Made by a program: the position numbers and the translations under genes
Notes under the pieces: generated by a model
What the model was told of the DNA's origin: nothing
Databases searched by the model: none
What the model saw: the letters and a program-made list of their open reading frames with translations, nothing else
IMG/VR virus record: IMGVR_UViG_3300032224_001591
Location: 83,249-147,248 of that record
Length of the DNA: 64,000 nt
DNA from: a virus
Reading direction: 5' to 3' (one strand)
In this document: positions 1-8,956 of the stretch, in pieces
Position numbering within the stretch: position 1 is the first letter of the stretch
Layout of the letters: each line of letters opens with the position of its first letter

Positions 1-45
1 AAATTTGGTACTGGATATGCTTTAGGCAATTTTAAAGTTCAATAA
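1..45 (+). CDS. 3' end of an upstream gene (KFGTGYALGNFKVQ*), partial
   Basis: Frame 1 is open up to TAA at 43-45 and is followed by an intergenic TATTTATA motif. The product cannot be identified. Confidence 0.45.
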   Translation, partial: KFGTGYALGNFKVQ

Positions 46-51
46 ATAAAA

Positions 52-59
52 TATTTATA
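52..59 (+). promoter_or_regulatory. TATTTATA motif (putative late promoter)
   Basis: Intergenic, about 14 nt before ATG 73. The same motif recurs before several transcription units. Confidence 0.5.
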
Positions 60-72
60 ATAAAATAATACT

Positions 73-540
73 ATGGGATTACTAAGTAAATTACAACAAG
101 GATCAAATTTAACATCATATGATGGTAATACTCCAACATCTTATAATGGAGTATCGCAATATCCGTTAGATTTAAAGGTATCACAATTAGATTTAAACGG
201 ACAAACACCACCATCATATAATGGTGTATCTCAATATCAATTAGATTTAAAAACATCACAATTAGACTTAGGCGGTTTACAACCACCGGTTTATAATCAA
301 CAAAGCCAATACCAAAAAGATTTAGCAGTATCACAATTAGATCTAGATGGTAAACAACCACTTGTTTATGATCGTAAAACTAAATATCCTGATGATTTAA
401 AAGTATCGCAATTAGATTTAGATGGTAAAACACCTCAATCTTATAATCAAGTAAGTCAATATCCTACTGATTTAAAAATATCAAGATTAGATTTAGACGG
501 TAATACTCCGGATCAATATTTAAACAATTTACCTCAATAA
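73..540 (+). CDS. 25-aa tandem repeat protein, probably virion-associated
   Basis: Repeats of SQLDLxGxxPxxYxxxSQYxxDLKx. Lies directly upstream of the baseplate genes. Confidence 0.75.
   Translation: MGLLSKLQQGSNLTSYDGNTPTSYNGVSQYPLDLKVSQLDLNGQTPPSYNGVSQYQLDLKTSQLDLGGLQPPVYNQQSQYQKDLAVSQLDLDGKQPLVYDRKTKYPDDLKVSQLDLDGKTPQSYNQVSQYPTDLKISRLDLDGNTPDQYLNNLPQ
121..520 (+). repeat. 75-bp coding tandem repeat, about 5.5 copies
   Basis: TCACAATTAGA-like anchors at 181, 256, 331, 406 and 481 (exact 75-nt period). Confidence 0.9.
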
Positions 541-541
541 C

Positions 542-2392
542 ATGCCTTTAGTTACCTTAAAGACAAATTTAAAGTCCCTTACATATGGGCATGATCGAAT
601 TTACGGGGCTAGTAGTAAACAACCTTATATTGTTGATGCTATTCCTGAAAAGGAGACTAATCCTGACTTTACGGCCTATAATAATGATTATATTTTAAGA
701 GGAGGAACATTTGCGGCTCGAAATTCAGCTATAGATGTTTTACGTTTAGGTAAAATGTTTAAAGATGCAACTTCTCCAAGTGGTATATTTTTTACATCAA
801 AACAACAGTTATTATCTCGTACATCCGTTCGTACTCAAACAAGCGGATTATTAAATCAAGGAAATTATACTCCATTAAATACTTTAGCCGAAGCAGGATT
901 AGTTGCTTTTGGAGGACATGTTTTGAAAAATGGTTTAGGAAATAGTTTAAATCCATTTGGGGGAACAGGCGCTTATTCTACTAATGAAAACTTATACGGG
1001 GTTAGGATTACAAACCAAAGAATTAATGAAACTGATTCTGAATTAAACAGACTTTTATTAATATATAATGGTTTAATGCTCCAACAATCTATAACATCGC
1101 CTATACCTGATGGTTTTACATATAATAAAGGCATAAACCTTTTATCATACTCTGGAGGCCCCGGATCTATATTAGGAATAGGTAAAACTAATATTAGATA
1201 TGGTAGCAATACAACCTTTAGCCCCTCAGTAGGTGTAGCTGAAAAACCAAATATTAGAAAATTTTTAAACGATACTTTAGTAAATAGTGCTTTAGATAAT
1301 ATTGATGATTCTAATATTAATAATGGTAGAAGTACATATGTTTATACTCCTAAATCTTTTGATTTTAGAGCTAAATTAAGAAAAGGATTAACTAAATCCA
1401 CAGTTATGTCTGATGCTCCCTCATATATTTTAGGTGAAGGAAAAACAATTGAAAATAGAGTTAATTTAGGAAATCCAGGAAATAGAACAAATAAAAATTT
1501 AATATCTTATACTAATGGTTCAGGAACAGGTCCTGTAGATAAAATTACAGCTTTACCTATTTATAGAAGTGAGAATGCTTCAGATAAACATATAGTAAAT
1601 GATTTAGTTAAATTTAGAATTGCTGCTATTGATAATAATGACCCAACTCAAAAAACATTTATACATTTTAGAGCATTTTTAGATAATATGTCTGATGCTT
1701 ATAATGCTACTTGGAGTCCATTTACATATCTAGGACGTGGAGAAAATTTTTATACATATAGTAATTTTACAAGAACTATTAATTTAGGATGGACTGTAGC
1801 GGCTCAATCTAAAGAAGAACTTATCCCAATGTATAAAAAATTAAATTATTTAGCATCTCTTGTAACTCCCGACTATACTCCTAAAGGATACATGGCTGGT
1901 AATTTAGTTCAATTAACAGTAGGAGGATACTTATACGAACAGGTTGGCTTTATAACTTCTCTTACGTATGATGTACCCGCGGAATCACCTTGGGAAATTG
2001 GTATAACTGATAAAGCTGAAAAAAATACAGATGGTACTGTTAAAGAATTACCTCATATTATTAAAGTAACAGGATTTCAATTTACACCAATTCACGATTT
2101 TATTCCTAAAAAACAAACTATTAGTGATTTTAATGAAGCTAATCAACTTGAAACACTTGGAAGAGATGATAATAATGTGTATGGCCCTCAAAGATATATA
2201 GCTTTATCTAATGGAACAGGTAATACAGATAGTAATTATGATTATTGGGATACAGCAAATAATATAAAAAAGCCACCTAAAAATACTCCTCCTTCACCTA
2301 ATAATACTCCTCCTCCCCCACCTAATAATACTCCTCTTAAGGGACGATCGAATACATATGGTGCTGAATCTTTATTAAATAGTAGAGCTTAA
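542..2392 (+). CDS. Baseplate / tail-tube-initiator-like structural protein
   Basis: The C-terminal half (FRAFLDNMSDAYNATW...YLGRGENFYTY...GFITSLTYDVP) resembles contractile-tail tube-initiator proteins. Context is next to LysM and hub genes. Confidence 0.55.
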   Translation: MPLVTLKTNLKSLTYGHDRIYGASSKQPYIVDAIPEKETNPDFTAYNNDYILRGGTFAARNSAIDVLRLGKMFKDATSPSGIFFTSKQQLLSRTSVRTQTSGLLNQGNYTPLNTLAEAGLVAFGGHVLKNGLGNSLNPFGGTGAYSTNENLYGVRITNQRINETDSELNRLLLIYNGLMLQQSITSPIPDGFTYNKGINLLSYSGGPGSILGIGKTNIRYGSNTTFSPSVGVAEKPNIRKFLNDTLVNSALDNIDDSNINNGRSTYVYTPKSFDFRAKLRKGLTKSTVMSDAPSYILGEGKTIENRVNLGNPGNRTNKNLISYTNGSGTGPVDKITALPIYRSENASDKHIVNDLVKFRIAAIDNNDPTQKTFIHFRAFLDNMSDAYNATWSPFTYLGRGENFYTYSNFTRTINLGWTVAAQSKEELIPMYKKLNYLASLVTPDYTPKGYMAGNLVQLTVGGYLYEQVGFITSLTYDVPAESPWEIGITDKAEKNTDGTVKELPHIIKVTGFQFTPIHDFIPKKQTISDFNEANQLETLGRDDNNVYGPQRYIALSNGTGNTDSNYDYWDTANNIKKPPKNTPPSPNNTPPPPPNNTPLKGRSNTYGAESLLNSRA

Positions 2393-2415
2393 ATAAGTAA
2401 TAAAATATAAAATAA

Positions 2416-2739
2416 ATGAATAGATATCAACAAATACCTCAAACAAAAATAAACGGACGATTAGTCTACAGAACATCTCGTTACCCACAAGTACCGTTAA
2501 CTGCAGACGATATTTATGTTTATACTGTTCAAGGAGATAGATTTGATACACTAGCAAATCAATATTATAGAGATAGTTCATTATGGTGGATTATTTCAAT
2601 TGCTAATACAGCAACCGCAGGTACTTCTAGCCCTTCAGATTTACCACAAAATTCATTATTAATACCTGAAGGATTACAAATTAGAATACCAGCAAACCCA
2701 CAATCAATAATAAGTGCTTTTAAATTAATAAACCAATAA
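2416..2739 (+). CDS. LysM-domain baseplate wedge protein (T4 gp53-like)
   Basis: YTVQGDRFDTLANQYYRDSSLWWIISIAN...GLQIRIP matches the LysM/gp53 pattern. Confidence 0.75.
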   Translation: MNRYQQIPQTKINGRLVYRTSRYPQVPLTADDIYVYTVQGDRFDTLANQYYRDSSLWWIISIANTATAGTSSPSDLPQNSLLIPEGLQIRIPANPQSIISAFKLINQ

Positions 2740-2743
2740 AGTT

Positions 2744-5700
2744 ATGAATATAGTAGGAGAAGGATTTGCCAAAGAAATTATTGATCAAATAGACACTCGC
2801 CAAAAATTAAAAGGTAAACGTGATCGAAATCTTGGAGGAAATCCAGAATGGTTAGTTTGGCAAAATGGAAATACAGGATGGGTTAAAATGATATCATCAA
2901 TAGATGTTGATCCTGAAAAAAAATATTTTAATACTGGATCCGTTGTAACAAACCCCGGTGTAGCACCTGGACCCGATAACTATATTAAACTTGAAAATAG
3001 TAATACCCCTATTTATTACTCAGGCAGAGGATCAGCATCTACTAATCCTAATCAAAATCTTACTAGAGGAGATGCTAATAATTTATTAGCTAGATCAAAC
3101 ATATTAATGGGGGGAATTTATACTCCATATAATTTAATCCGATCAGAGGAAAATAATAATCTTCAAGCAGGTATATCTCGTAATGGTTCTTTTCAAAATC
3201 CAAACGCTTATGGGTTTGGTGGTTTAGAATTTGGTTTACAACCAATTCCAGGTATTACTTCATTTAATATTAGAAGTGAAAATAGAGGTTCAATAAGAAC
3301 GGCAACTATTGGTATTCGTGCTTATAATAAAGTACAATTTGATATTATTAATACACTGTATATGAGTTTAGGTTACACTATGCTTATTGAATGGGGAAAT
3401 ACTATGTATTATGATAATAATAAACAATTTCAATCTAATAATCAATACAGTTTACAAGATGAATTTTTATTAGGACAACCAAAATGGACTGGGCTTTTAA
3501 AATTAATGAAAGAAAAAAGAGCAGCATCAAATGGAAATTATGATGCTGCTTTAGGTAGAGTAGTAAATTTTAATTGGAAATTAAATAAAGATATGAGTTA
3601 TGATATTACTGTAACTTTATTAACAGTAGGTGATATAATTGAATCTTTAAAAATAAATACTTTATCTAATAATTTCTCATTAAATATTAAAAATCCAACA
3701 GCACCCCAACCAAATACACCTATAACTCAATCCGTAGATAAATTCGCAGGGTTAGGATTAACAGAGCAACAAAAAGAAATATTTAATTCTATTAATGCTT
3801 CTATAAATAAAAATGTTCCTTTAGGTCAAGTAGCAGATATTTCAAATTATGCTAATTCTCACGATATTGGAGCTTTATTATATCAACATAAACAAAATTT
3901 AGATGCTAACGGAATAGAATCAACTATTAATAAAACAACAAGATTTTTAAAAGATAAAGATATTGTTACTGATATATCTCAAACTTTTAATAATATTTCT
4001 AATCCAAAAGATATTCAAAGTCAAACAGTTTATTACATGCATTTAGGATATTTTTTGTTTTTATTAGAAAAATATATTATACCTAATATTAATGGTGATG
4101 ATACATTAAAATCAATTAAAATAGATTATGCTATAAATTCTAATATTATTTCTATAGATCCTCTTTTAGTAAGTGCTGATCCTACAGTTTGTTTACTTAG
4201 TCGAAATATAACTTTAAAACCAAGTAATACAACTATATCTTTTATACCTGAAGGAAATAAATTTCCATTTCAATTAAAAAATAAAGATGGTAGTAAAAGT
4301 AAAGAATTTTATGGATATTTAATGAATATTTATATTAATTATAATTGGATACTTAATAATTTAAATACTTTAGTTGACAATGAGGGAAATGTTGTTTTAA
4401 TTGATTTTTTACAAAGATTATGTATTGATATTTGTCGTGCTACGGGTAATTATAATAAAATTCAACCTGTAGTAAATAATGAAGATTTAACTATACGTTT
4501 TATAGATGAAGTAGCTCTTCCTAATAGAGATTATTTTTTAAAAAAATTCGACCTTCCAACTAATCCCGCACATTTTAGAATGTACGGATATTATCCTACA
4601 GATACCACTTCAGATAGTGTATTAGAAGCAGGAATAGTTAGAGATTTAAATTTAGTAACTACTGTATCTCCTAGATTAGCTAATATGCTTACTATATCTG
4701 CTCAAGCTCATTCATATGTGGTAGGTGAAGATGCAACGGCATTATCAACGTTAACTAGAGGATTAACTGATCGGATAAAAGAAAAAGTTTATTATCCGGG
4801 ACAAAAAACAGATATAGCAACTGAAAAAAATTTATATGAACAATATACTAAAGTTATTGAAAACTTTAATAATTTTTTGAAAAAAATAGGATCGGAACCT
4901 GGTACTCCACCTTCTTGGAATCTTAATGAAATTGAAATATATTTAAATACTAATAAAGCTTTTATTGAGTATAACCAAGCAAAAGCCACATTAGAAAAAC
5001 AAAAAACAGATCCTAGTGCTGGGTCAGCTAAAACAGGATTTTTACCTTTTAATTTAAATTTTACAATAGATGGAATTTCAGGTATAAACATATATCAACG
5101 ATTTATAGTTGATACAGAATATTTACCCCCTAATTATCCGGCAAATATAGAATTTTTAGTAATGGGGGTAACACATGAAATAAAAGAAAATCAATGGCTT
5201 ACTCATATAGACTCTGTAGGTATTCCTAAAAATCCTCTTAATGGTAATTTTGAAGATACAACAACAGAAGATAGACAACCTACTATGGAAAAAATTCCTG
5301 GTAAACAACCTACTCCTGTTAAATCATCTACTAATCCAGTACCAACACTTAAACAAGCTGTTAAAGATCAAGCAGAATATTATTTCGGAAAATATGGAGA
5401 GGGTCTTAAATGTGCTCGTTGGACTTATAATATAGCTTATAAGTTAAAAGAATACATAGATACTAATAGTACAAAAGCTATTCCTTTTAATTTACAATTC
5501 TCCGATAATGCTGACTCAAACGCATGGAGAGATTATGTAAATAAATTAGGTTTTTATGATAAAGTTTTTGTAGGTGACATGAATCTTGATCAATTAAAAG
5601 CATGGATAAATAACAGTACATTTAATTATGGAGATATTTTAAATTATTATGCCCCAGGACACACTGCTAGAACTAACATGCATACCCAAATATATACAGG

Positions 5701-5878
5701 AAATATTTTCTCTACTGGAGGCTCAGCTGGTAAAAATAAAAATATAATACCTAACTCCGCAGGAAACTCAGGGTGGTCAACATCTACAAAAACAAACTAT
5801 GGAACAAAAGTAGTTTATAATAATAATTATACTTATAAAGTGTACTATTTTAAAGTTAAATCACAATATATAAAATAA
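2744..5878 (+). CDS. Large baseplate hub-like protein with a C-terminal Cys-His (NlpC/P60/CHAP-like) amidase domain
   Basis: 1044 aa following the LysM gene. Hub-like V.H.I...W.T segment, a P/T linker, then CARWT...GDIL...HTQIY. Confidence 0.55.
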   Translation: MNIVGEGFAKEIIDQIDTRQKLKGKRDRNLGGNPEWLVWQNGNTGWVKMISSIDVDPEKKYFNTGSVVTNPGVAPGPDNYIKLENSNTPIYYSGRGSASTNPNQNLTRGDANNLLARSNILMGGIYTPYNLIRSEENNNLQAGISRNGSFQNPNAYGFGGLEFGLQPIPGITSFNIRSENRGSIRTATIGIRAYNKVQFDIINTLYMSLGYTMLIEWGNTMYYDNNKQFQSNNQYSLQDEFLLGQPKWTGLLKLMKEKRAASNGNYDAALGRVVNFNWKLNKDMSYDITVTLLTVGDIIESLKINTLSNNFSLNIKNPTAPQPNTPITQSVDKFAGLGLTEQQKEIFNSINASINKNVPLGQVADISNYANSHDIGALLYQHKQNLDANGIESTINKTTRFLKDKDIVTDISQTFNNISNPKDIQSQTVYYMHLGYFLFLLEKYIIPNINGDDTLKSIKIDYAINSNIISIDPLLVSADPTVCLLSRNITLKPSNTTISFIPEGNKFPFQLKNKDGSKSKEFYGYLMNIYINYNWILNNLNTLVDNEGNVVLIDFLQRLCIDICRATGNYNKIQPVVNNEDLTIRFIDEVALPNRDYFLKKFDLPTNPAHFRMYGYYPTDTTSDSVLEAGIVRDLNLVTTVSPRLANMLTISAQAHSYVVGEDATALSTLTRGLTDRIKEKVYYPGQKTDIATEKNLYEQYTKVIENFNNFLKKIGSEPGTPPSWNLNEIEIYLNTNKAFIEYNQAKATLEKQKTDPSAGSAKTGFLPFNLNFTIDGISGINIYQRFIVDTEYLPPNYPANIEFLVMGVTHEIKENQWLTHIDSVGIPKNPLNGNFEDTTTEDRQPTMEKIPGKQPTPVKSSTNPVPTLKQAVKDQAEYYFGKYGEGLKCARWTYNIAYKLKEYIDTNSTKAIPFNLQFSDNADSNAWRDYVNKLGFYDKVFVGDMNLDQLKAWINNSTFNYGDILNYYAPGHTARTNMHTQIYTGNIFSTGGSAGKNKNIIPNSAGNSGWSTSTKTNYGTKVVYNNNYTYKVYYFKVKSQYIK

Positions 5879-5879
5879 T

Positions 5880-6512
5880 ATGCCTTACTATCCACTGTCA
5901 CAAATAACATCTAATTTACATACTAATGGACTTGAATACGCTGTTAATTTAAAAAACCCAAGTAATTCATACTCCGGTTATTACTGGAAAACATCTGATG
6001 GAAAATACTTTACAGGTAAAACTCCACAAGATACTCCTTGTGTTGAATTATTTGTTATTCCTAATTTAGAAGGAGGCGAAAACGGTGATTCTACATTTAG
6101 TCAAGTTACTATTAATAATGTAACCGTATTTGAAGGTGATCCTTTAATAGATAACTATTTACGTCTTAAAAATATATCACCAACAACAGTTACATCTATA
6201 CCTCCATATTATTCACCCCAACCAACTCAATCAGATTATCAAACAGGTGAATTTAGACGTTATTTTTGTAAAAAAACAAACGAAATACAATATACGGAAA
6301 TTAGTGAAGCAACATATGCTTTATTATTAAATAAAGACCCACAAATATTATGGCAGTTATATTTTCCATTTTATATTCCGTGGAGTTTAACGGGGACTAA
6401 GGAACAGGTCGCAAATACTAATAGAAATATTGTAGCTTTAAATATAAAAAATTTAAAATTACCGCGTTTTAATGATTATCTCAAAAACGATTACACAAAA
6501 TATTATAAATAG
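5880..6512 (+). CDS. Hypothetical protein of the baseplate module
   Basis: 210-aa ORF coupled to the hub gene. Confidence 0.7.
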   Translation: MPYYPLSQITSNLHTNGLEYAVNLKNPSNSYSGYYWKTSDGKYFTGKTPQDTPCVELFVIPNLEGGENGDSTFSQVTINNVTVFEGDPLIDNYLRLKNISPTTVTSIPPYYSPQPTQSDYQTGEFRRYFCKKTNEIQYTEISEATYALLLNKDPQILWQLYFPFYIPWSLTGTKEQVANTNRNIVALNIKNLKLPRFNDYLKNDYTKYYK

Positions 6513-6513
6513 T

Positions 6514-6546
6514 TTGGAGATTTAAAAAACAGGTCGTATATTTATA
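6514..6546 (+). promoter_or_regulatory. TTGG-N19-TATATT promoter overlapping a TATTTATA motif
   Basis: TTGG at 6514, TATATT at 6537, TATTTATA at 6539. Confidence 0.65.
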
Positions 6547-6564
6547 ACAATAAAAACATAAAAC

Positions 6565-7230
6565 ATGAAAAAACAAATTAACGAAATTAAAAGAATGCAG
6601 CATATTGCTGGATTAATCACTGAAAGCGAATACCGTCAATCATTAAATGAAGAAACTAATGAAGAAACACTTGATGATGTTACTTTTACTTTAGATATGG
6701 CATTAAATAATATGTTTCCAATGTATGGATTTAAAGCAGGAGACACAGTTACAGGTATTTTACCAGCTGAAGAATTTGCTGATGAAACTAAACGCAATAG
6801 TGCTGAGGATTTTCAAGCAGCACAAGCTTACATTAAGAATAAGGGAGGAGAAATAAAAATTAATTCAAGTGATCCTTATCTTATGTTTAGAAATATAAAC
6901 ATAACATATAAATTGAAAGATAATGGAGATATTGAATACGCAGTAGAAGTTCCAGCTAAAAAAATGGACGAAGCTGAAATAAAAGAAGAAGAAAAAGGTC
7001 TTCCTTTTTTACTAGCTAAAACATGGTTAAACGAATATAATGGTAATATTCAATTTGCGGTCCGTACAGAAGAGATTATAGGTTTTTTATACAATTTAAG
7101 AGATAAAGAATTTAAACAATATAAAGGAGAAATTGAACGTATGTACTTACCATATAAAAAAGCTAAAGACGCTTTTGAAAAGTTATGGGATGAAGCATCT
7201 GTTTTTTCAGATAAAGATCTTAAAGACTAA
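6565..7230 (+). CDS. RMQxxAGLITE-leader protein 1 (putative capsid-internal/cargo protein)
   Basis: N-terminus MKKQINEIKRMQHIAGLITESEY, followed by an acidic body. Confidence 0.75.
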   Translation: MKKQINEIKRMQHIAGLITESEYRQSLNEETNEETLDDVTFTLDMALNNMFPMYGFKAGDTVTGILPAEEFADETKRNSAEDFQAAQAYIKNKGGEIKINSSDPYLMFRNINITYKLKDNGDIEYAVEVPAKKMDEAEIKEEEKGLPFLLAKTWLNEYNGNIQFAVRTEEIIGFLYNLRDKEFKQYKGEIERMYLPYKKAKDAFEKLWDEASVFSDKDLKD

Positions 7231-7231
7231 A

Positions 7232-7306
7232 TAAATAATAAAAACATAAAACATGGCAAACGATTTTAAAAGAATGCAAAAATTAGCAGGTTTAATTACC
7301 GAAGCA
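7232..7306 (+). repeat. 75-bp direct repeat, copy 1 (translation start region plus leader codons)
   Basis: Matches 7789-7863 with one mismatch (7285 A vs 7842 G). Confidence 0.9.
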
Positions 7307-7795
7307 AAGGCTGAAGTATATTCTTATGAGGCAACTCCGGAAAAACAAGCTTTATACGATAAAATTGCTACAGAATTAGAAAAACTTATTAAGGATATAG
7401 CTTCAAAACTAAAAATTAAACCATCTAACATTAGAATATCATGTGATGGGTTATGGGATGATGGAGGTTATAAAAACAGAGGATTAGTAGTTCAAATTAA
7501 AGCTAATGATAATACATGGGAAAAACCATGGAAAGGAAATAATAGAATTATCCAAACCCCAAATAGTGAAGGTATATTAATACACCCCGGAATATCAGGT
7601 AATGGAATAGTTGGTCTAAAGTTAGATATGGATAACACGTATAATAAAGAATTAGAAACTATTTACAAAAAAGCACGAGAACAAAATTTAGGTAAGTATG
7701 TATCCGATTTTAATGTTCAATTAGCAAACTCTCTTACACCACAAGAAATAAAATTAATAGCACCAAACACTCCAATAATAGTAACCGGTAAATAA
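7253..7795 (+). CDS. RMQKLAGLITE-leader protein 2
   Basis: N-terminus MANDFKRMQKLAGLITEA, followed by a unique body. Confidence 0.75.
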   Translation: MANDFKRMQKLAGLITEAKAEVYSYEATPEKQALYDKIATELEKLIKDIASKLKIKPSNIRISCDGLWDDGGYKNRGLVVQIKANDNTWEKPWKGNNRIIQTPNSEGILIHPGISGNGIVGLKLDMDNTYNKELETIYKKAREQNLGKYVSDFNVQLANSLTPQEIKLIAPNTPIIVTGK

Positions 7796-7863
7796 TAAAA
7801 ACATAAAACATGGCAAACGATTTTAAAAGAATGCAAAAATTGGCAGGTTTAATTACCGAAGCA
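7789..7863 (+). repeat. 75-bp direct repeat, copy 2
   Basis: Matches 7232-7306. Confidence 0.9.
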
Positions 7864-8319
7864 CAATCACAAAAATCAAAATATATCCTTACAGATGAAG
7901 AGGGTGATGTTTATTTAAACGACGATGCTATCAAATCATATCTTAAATCAGTAATCAATTCAGAAGAAATTGAATCTGTAAACGATTTTATGAACGATGA
8001 AGAAGGATTTGGAGAATCAGCAATGCATTTCTTTAAAGATGGTAGTGAAGATATATCGGATAAAGATGTTGAAGATTGGGCTAAACAAGAAATGAGCTAC
8101 TATTTATATTCTGAACCTGATGAATTTCCAGGCAAAGAATTAAATGAAAATATATCTGATGAAGCTATTGACCGTATGGAAGGTTTAGCTAACACACATC
8201 ATTTATCAACTTTAAAATTCAGTTTAGAAAACCTAGTTCCAGAATGGATACAAGATGGAGGATTTGATGAAGATGATGTAATTGATTATTTAACACATTT
8301 AGTAAGAAACTCATACTAG
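7810..8319 (+). CDS. RMQKLAGLITE-leader protein 3
   Basis: Same 18-aa leader as protein 2. Very acidic body with an internal LNE. Confidence 0.75.
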   Translation: MANDFKRMQKLAGLITEAQSQKSKYILTDEEGDVYLNDDAIKSYLKSVINSEEIESVNDFMNDEEGFGESAMHFFKDGSEDISDKDVEDWAKQEMSYYLYSEPDEFPGKELNENISDEAIDRMEGLANTHHLSTLKFSLENLVPEWIQDGGFDEDDVIDYLTHLVRNSY

Positions 8320-8333
8320 TAAAAAAAATCATA

Positions 8334-8340
8334 TATTTAT
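8334..8340 (+). promoter_or_regulatory. TATTTAT motif (putative late promoter)
   Basis: Intergenic, before ATG 8364. Confidence 0.45.
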
Positions 8341-8363
8341 TATAAACATATAACTGATAAAAC

Positions 8364-8873
8364 ATGAAAAAACAAATTAACGAAATCAAAAGAATGCAAC
8401 TTATCGCTGGTTTAATTACTGAAAGTGAATATCAAGAGTCAATGACTAAAATAGACGAATCTAAAGATATTAACCAAACCCTAACATCAGGAGGTTTTGA
8501 TCCTATCGATGATGAAAAATTATTGATGAAAGCATCAAAAATTCTATCTTTAATAGGTGGTAATCCAAGTGCAGAAGCAGTTAATGCTCTTGTTATGGTT
8601 ATTGAAGATGCTGAAGGTGGAAATATATCTTGGAATGAATCAATGAACGAAGCTGAAGATACTTTATCATCATTTAAATCATTAGATCAAATGAATGATT
8701 ATCTTGAAAAAGGTGGTTGGGATCCATATGAAGTAGCAGATGAAAAAGCAGAAAAAAAAGGTTTAATGTTAATCAACAAATATATTAAATCTAATATTTT
8801 AGATAAAGGAAAAACTTTATCCCCAAATAAATTAAATGCTTTGTTAATAAAAATCGAAGATTTACTTCCTTAA
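8364..8873 (+). CDS. RMQxxAGLITE-leader protein 4
   Basis: MKKQINEIKRMQLIAGLITESEY. Two internal GG(F/W)DP...DEK...NAL...IED modules. Confidence 0.75.
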   Translation: MKKQINEIKRMQLIAGLITESEYQESMTKIDESKDINQTLTSGGFDPIDDEKLLMKASKILSLIGGNPSAEAVNALVMVIEDAEGGNISWNESMNEAEDTLSSFKSLDQMNDYLEKGGWDPYEVADEKAEKKGLMLINKYIKSNILDKGKTLSPNKLNALLIKIEDLLP

Positions 8874-8903
8874 TAAAACATAATTAAAATAAAAATTTAA
8901 ATT

Positions 8904-8928
8904 AAGCTTGGGAAACCAAGCTTTTTTT
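8904..8928 (+). terminator. Intrinsic terminator
   Basis: AAGCTTGG-GAAA-CCAAGCTT followed by a T-tract, at the end of the leader-gene array. Confidence 0.8.
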
Positions 8929-8936
8929 ATTATCGT
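8908..8936 (+). promoter_or_regulatory. TTGG-N19-TATCGT promoter variant
   Basis: Same 19-nt spacing as the other copies. Upstream of the polA-like gene. Confidence 0.5.
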
Positions 8937-8956
8937 TATCGGAGACAATAGAGGTT

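Noticed and set aside
121-520. 75-bp periodic repeat as a possible CRISPR array
   Set aside because: The units are in-frame coding repeats with synonymous divergence and no unique spacers. The only Cas-like gene is a stand-alone Cas4-like nuclease, which is common in phages.
2270-2340. CCTAATAATACTCCT short tandem repeats
   Set aside because: They encode an ordinary Pro/Asn low-complexity tail and suggest no separate function.
7232-7863. Leader repeats as a diversity-generating retroelement TR/VR pair
   Set aside because: No reverse transcriptase is present in the window, the repeats lie at gene 5' ends, and they differ by a single synonymous base.
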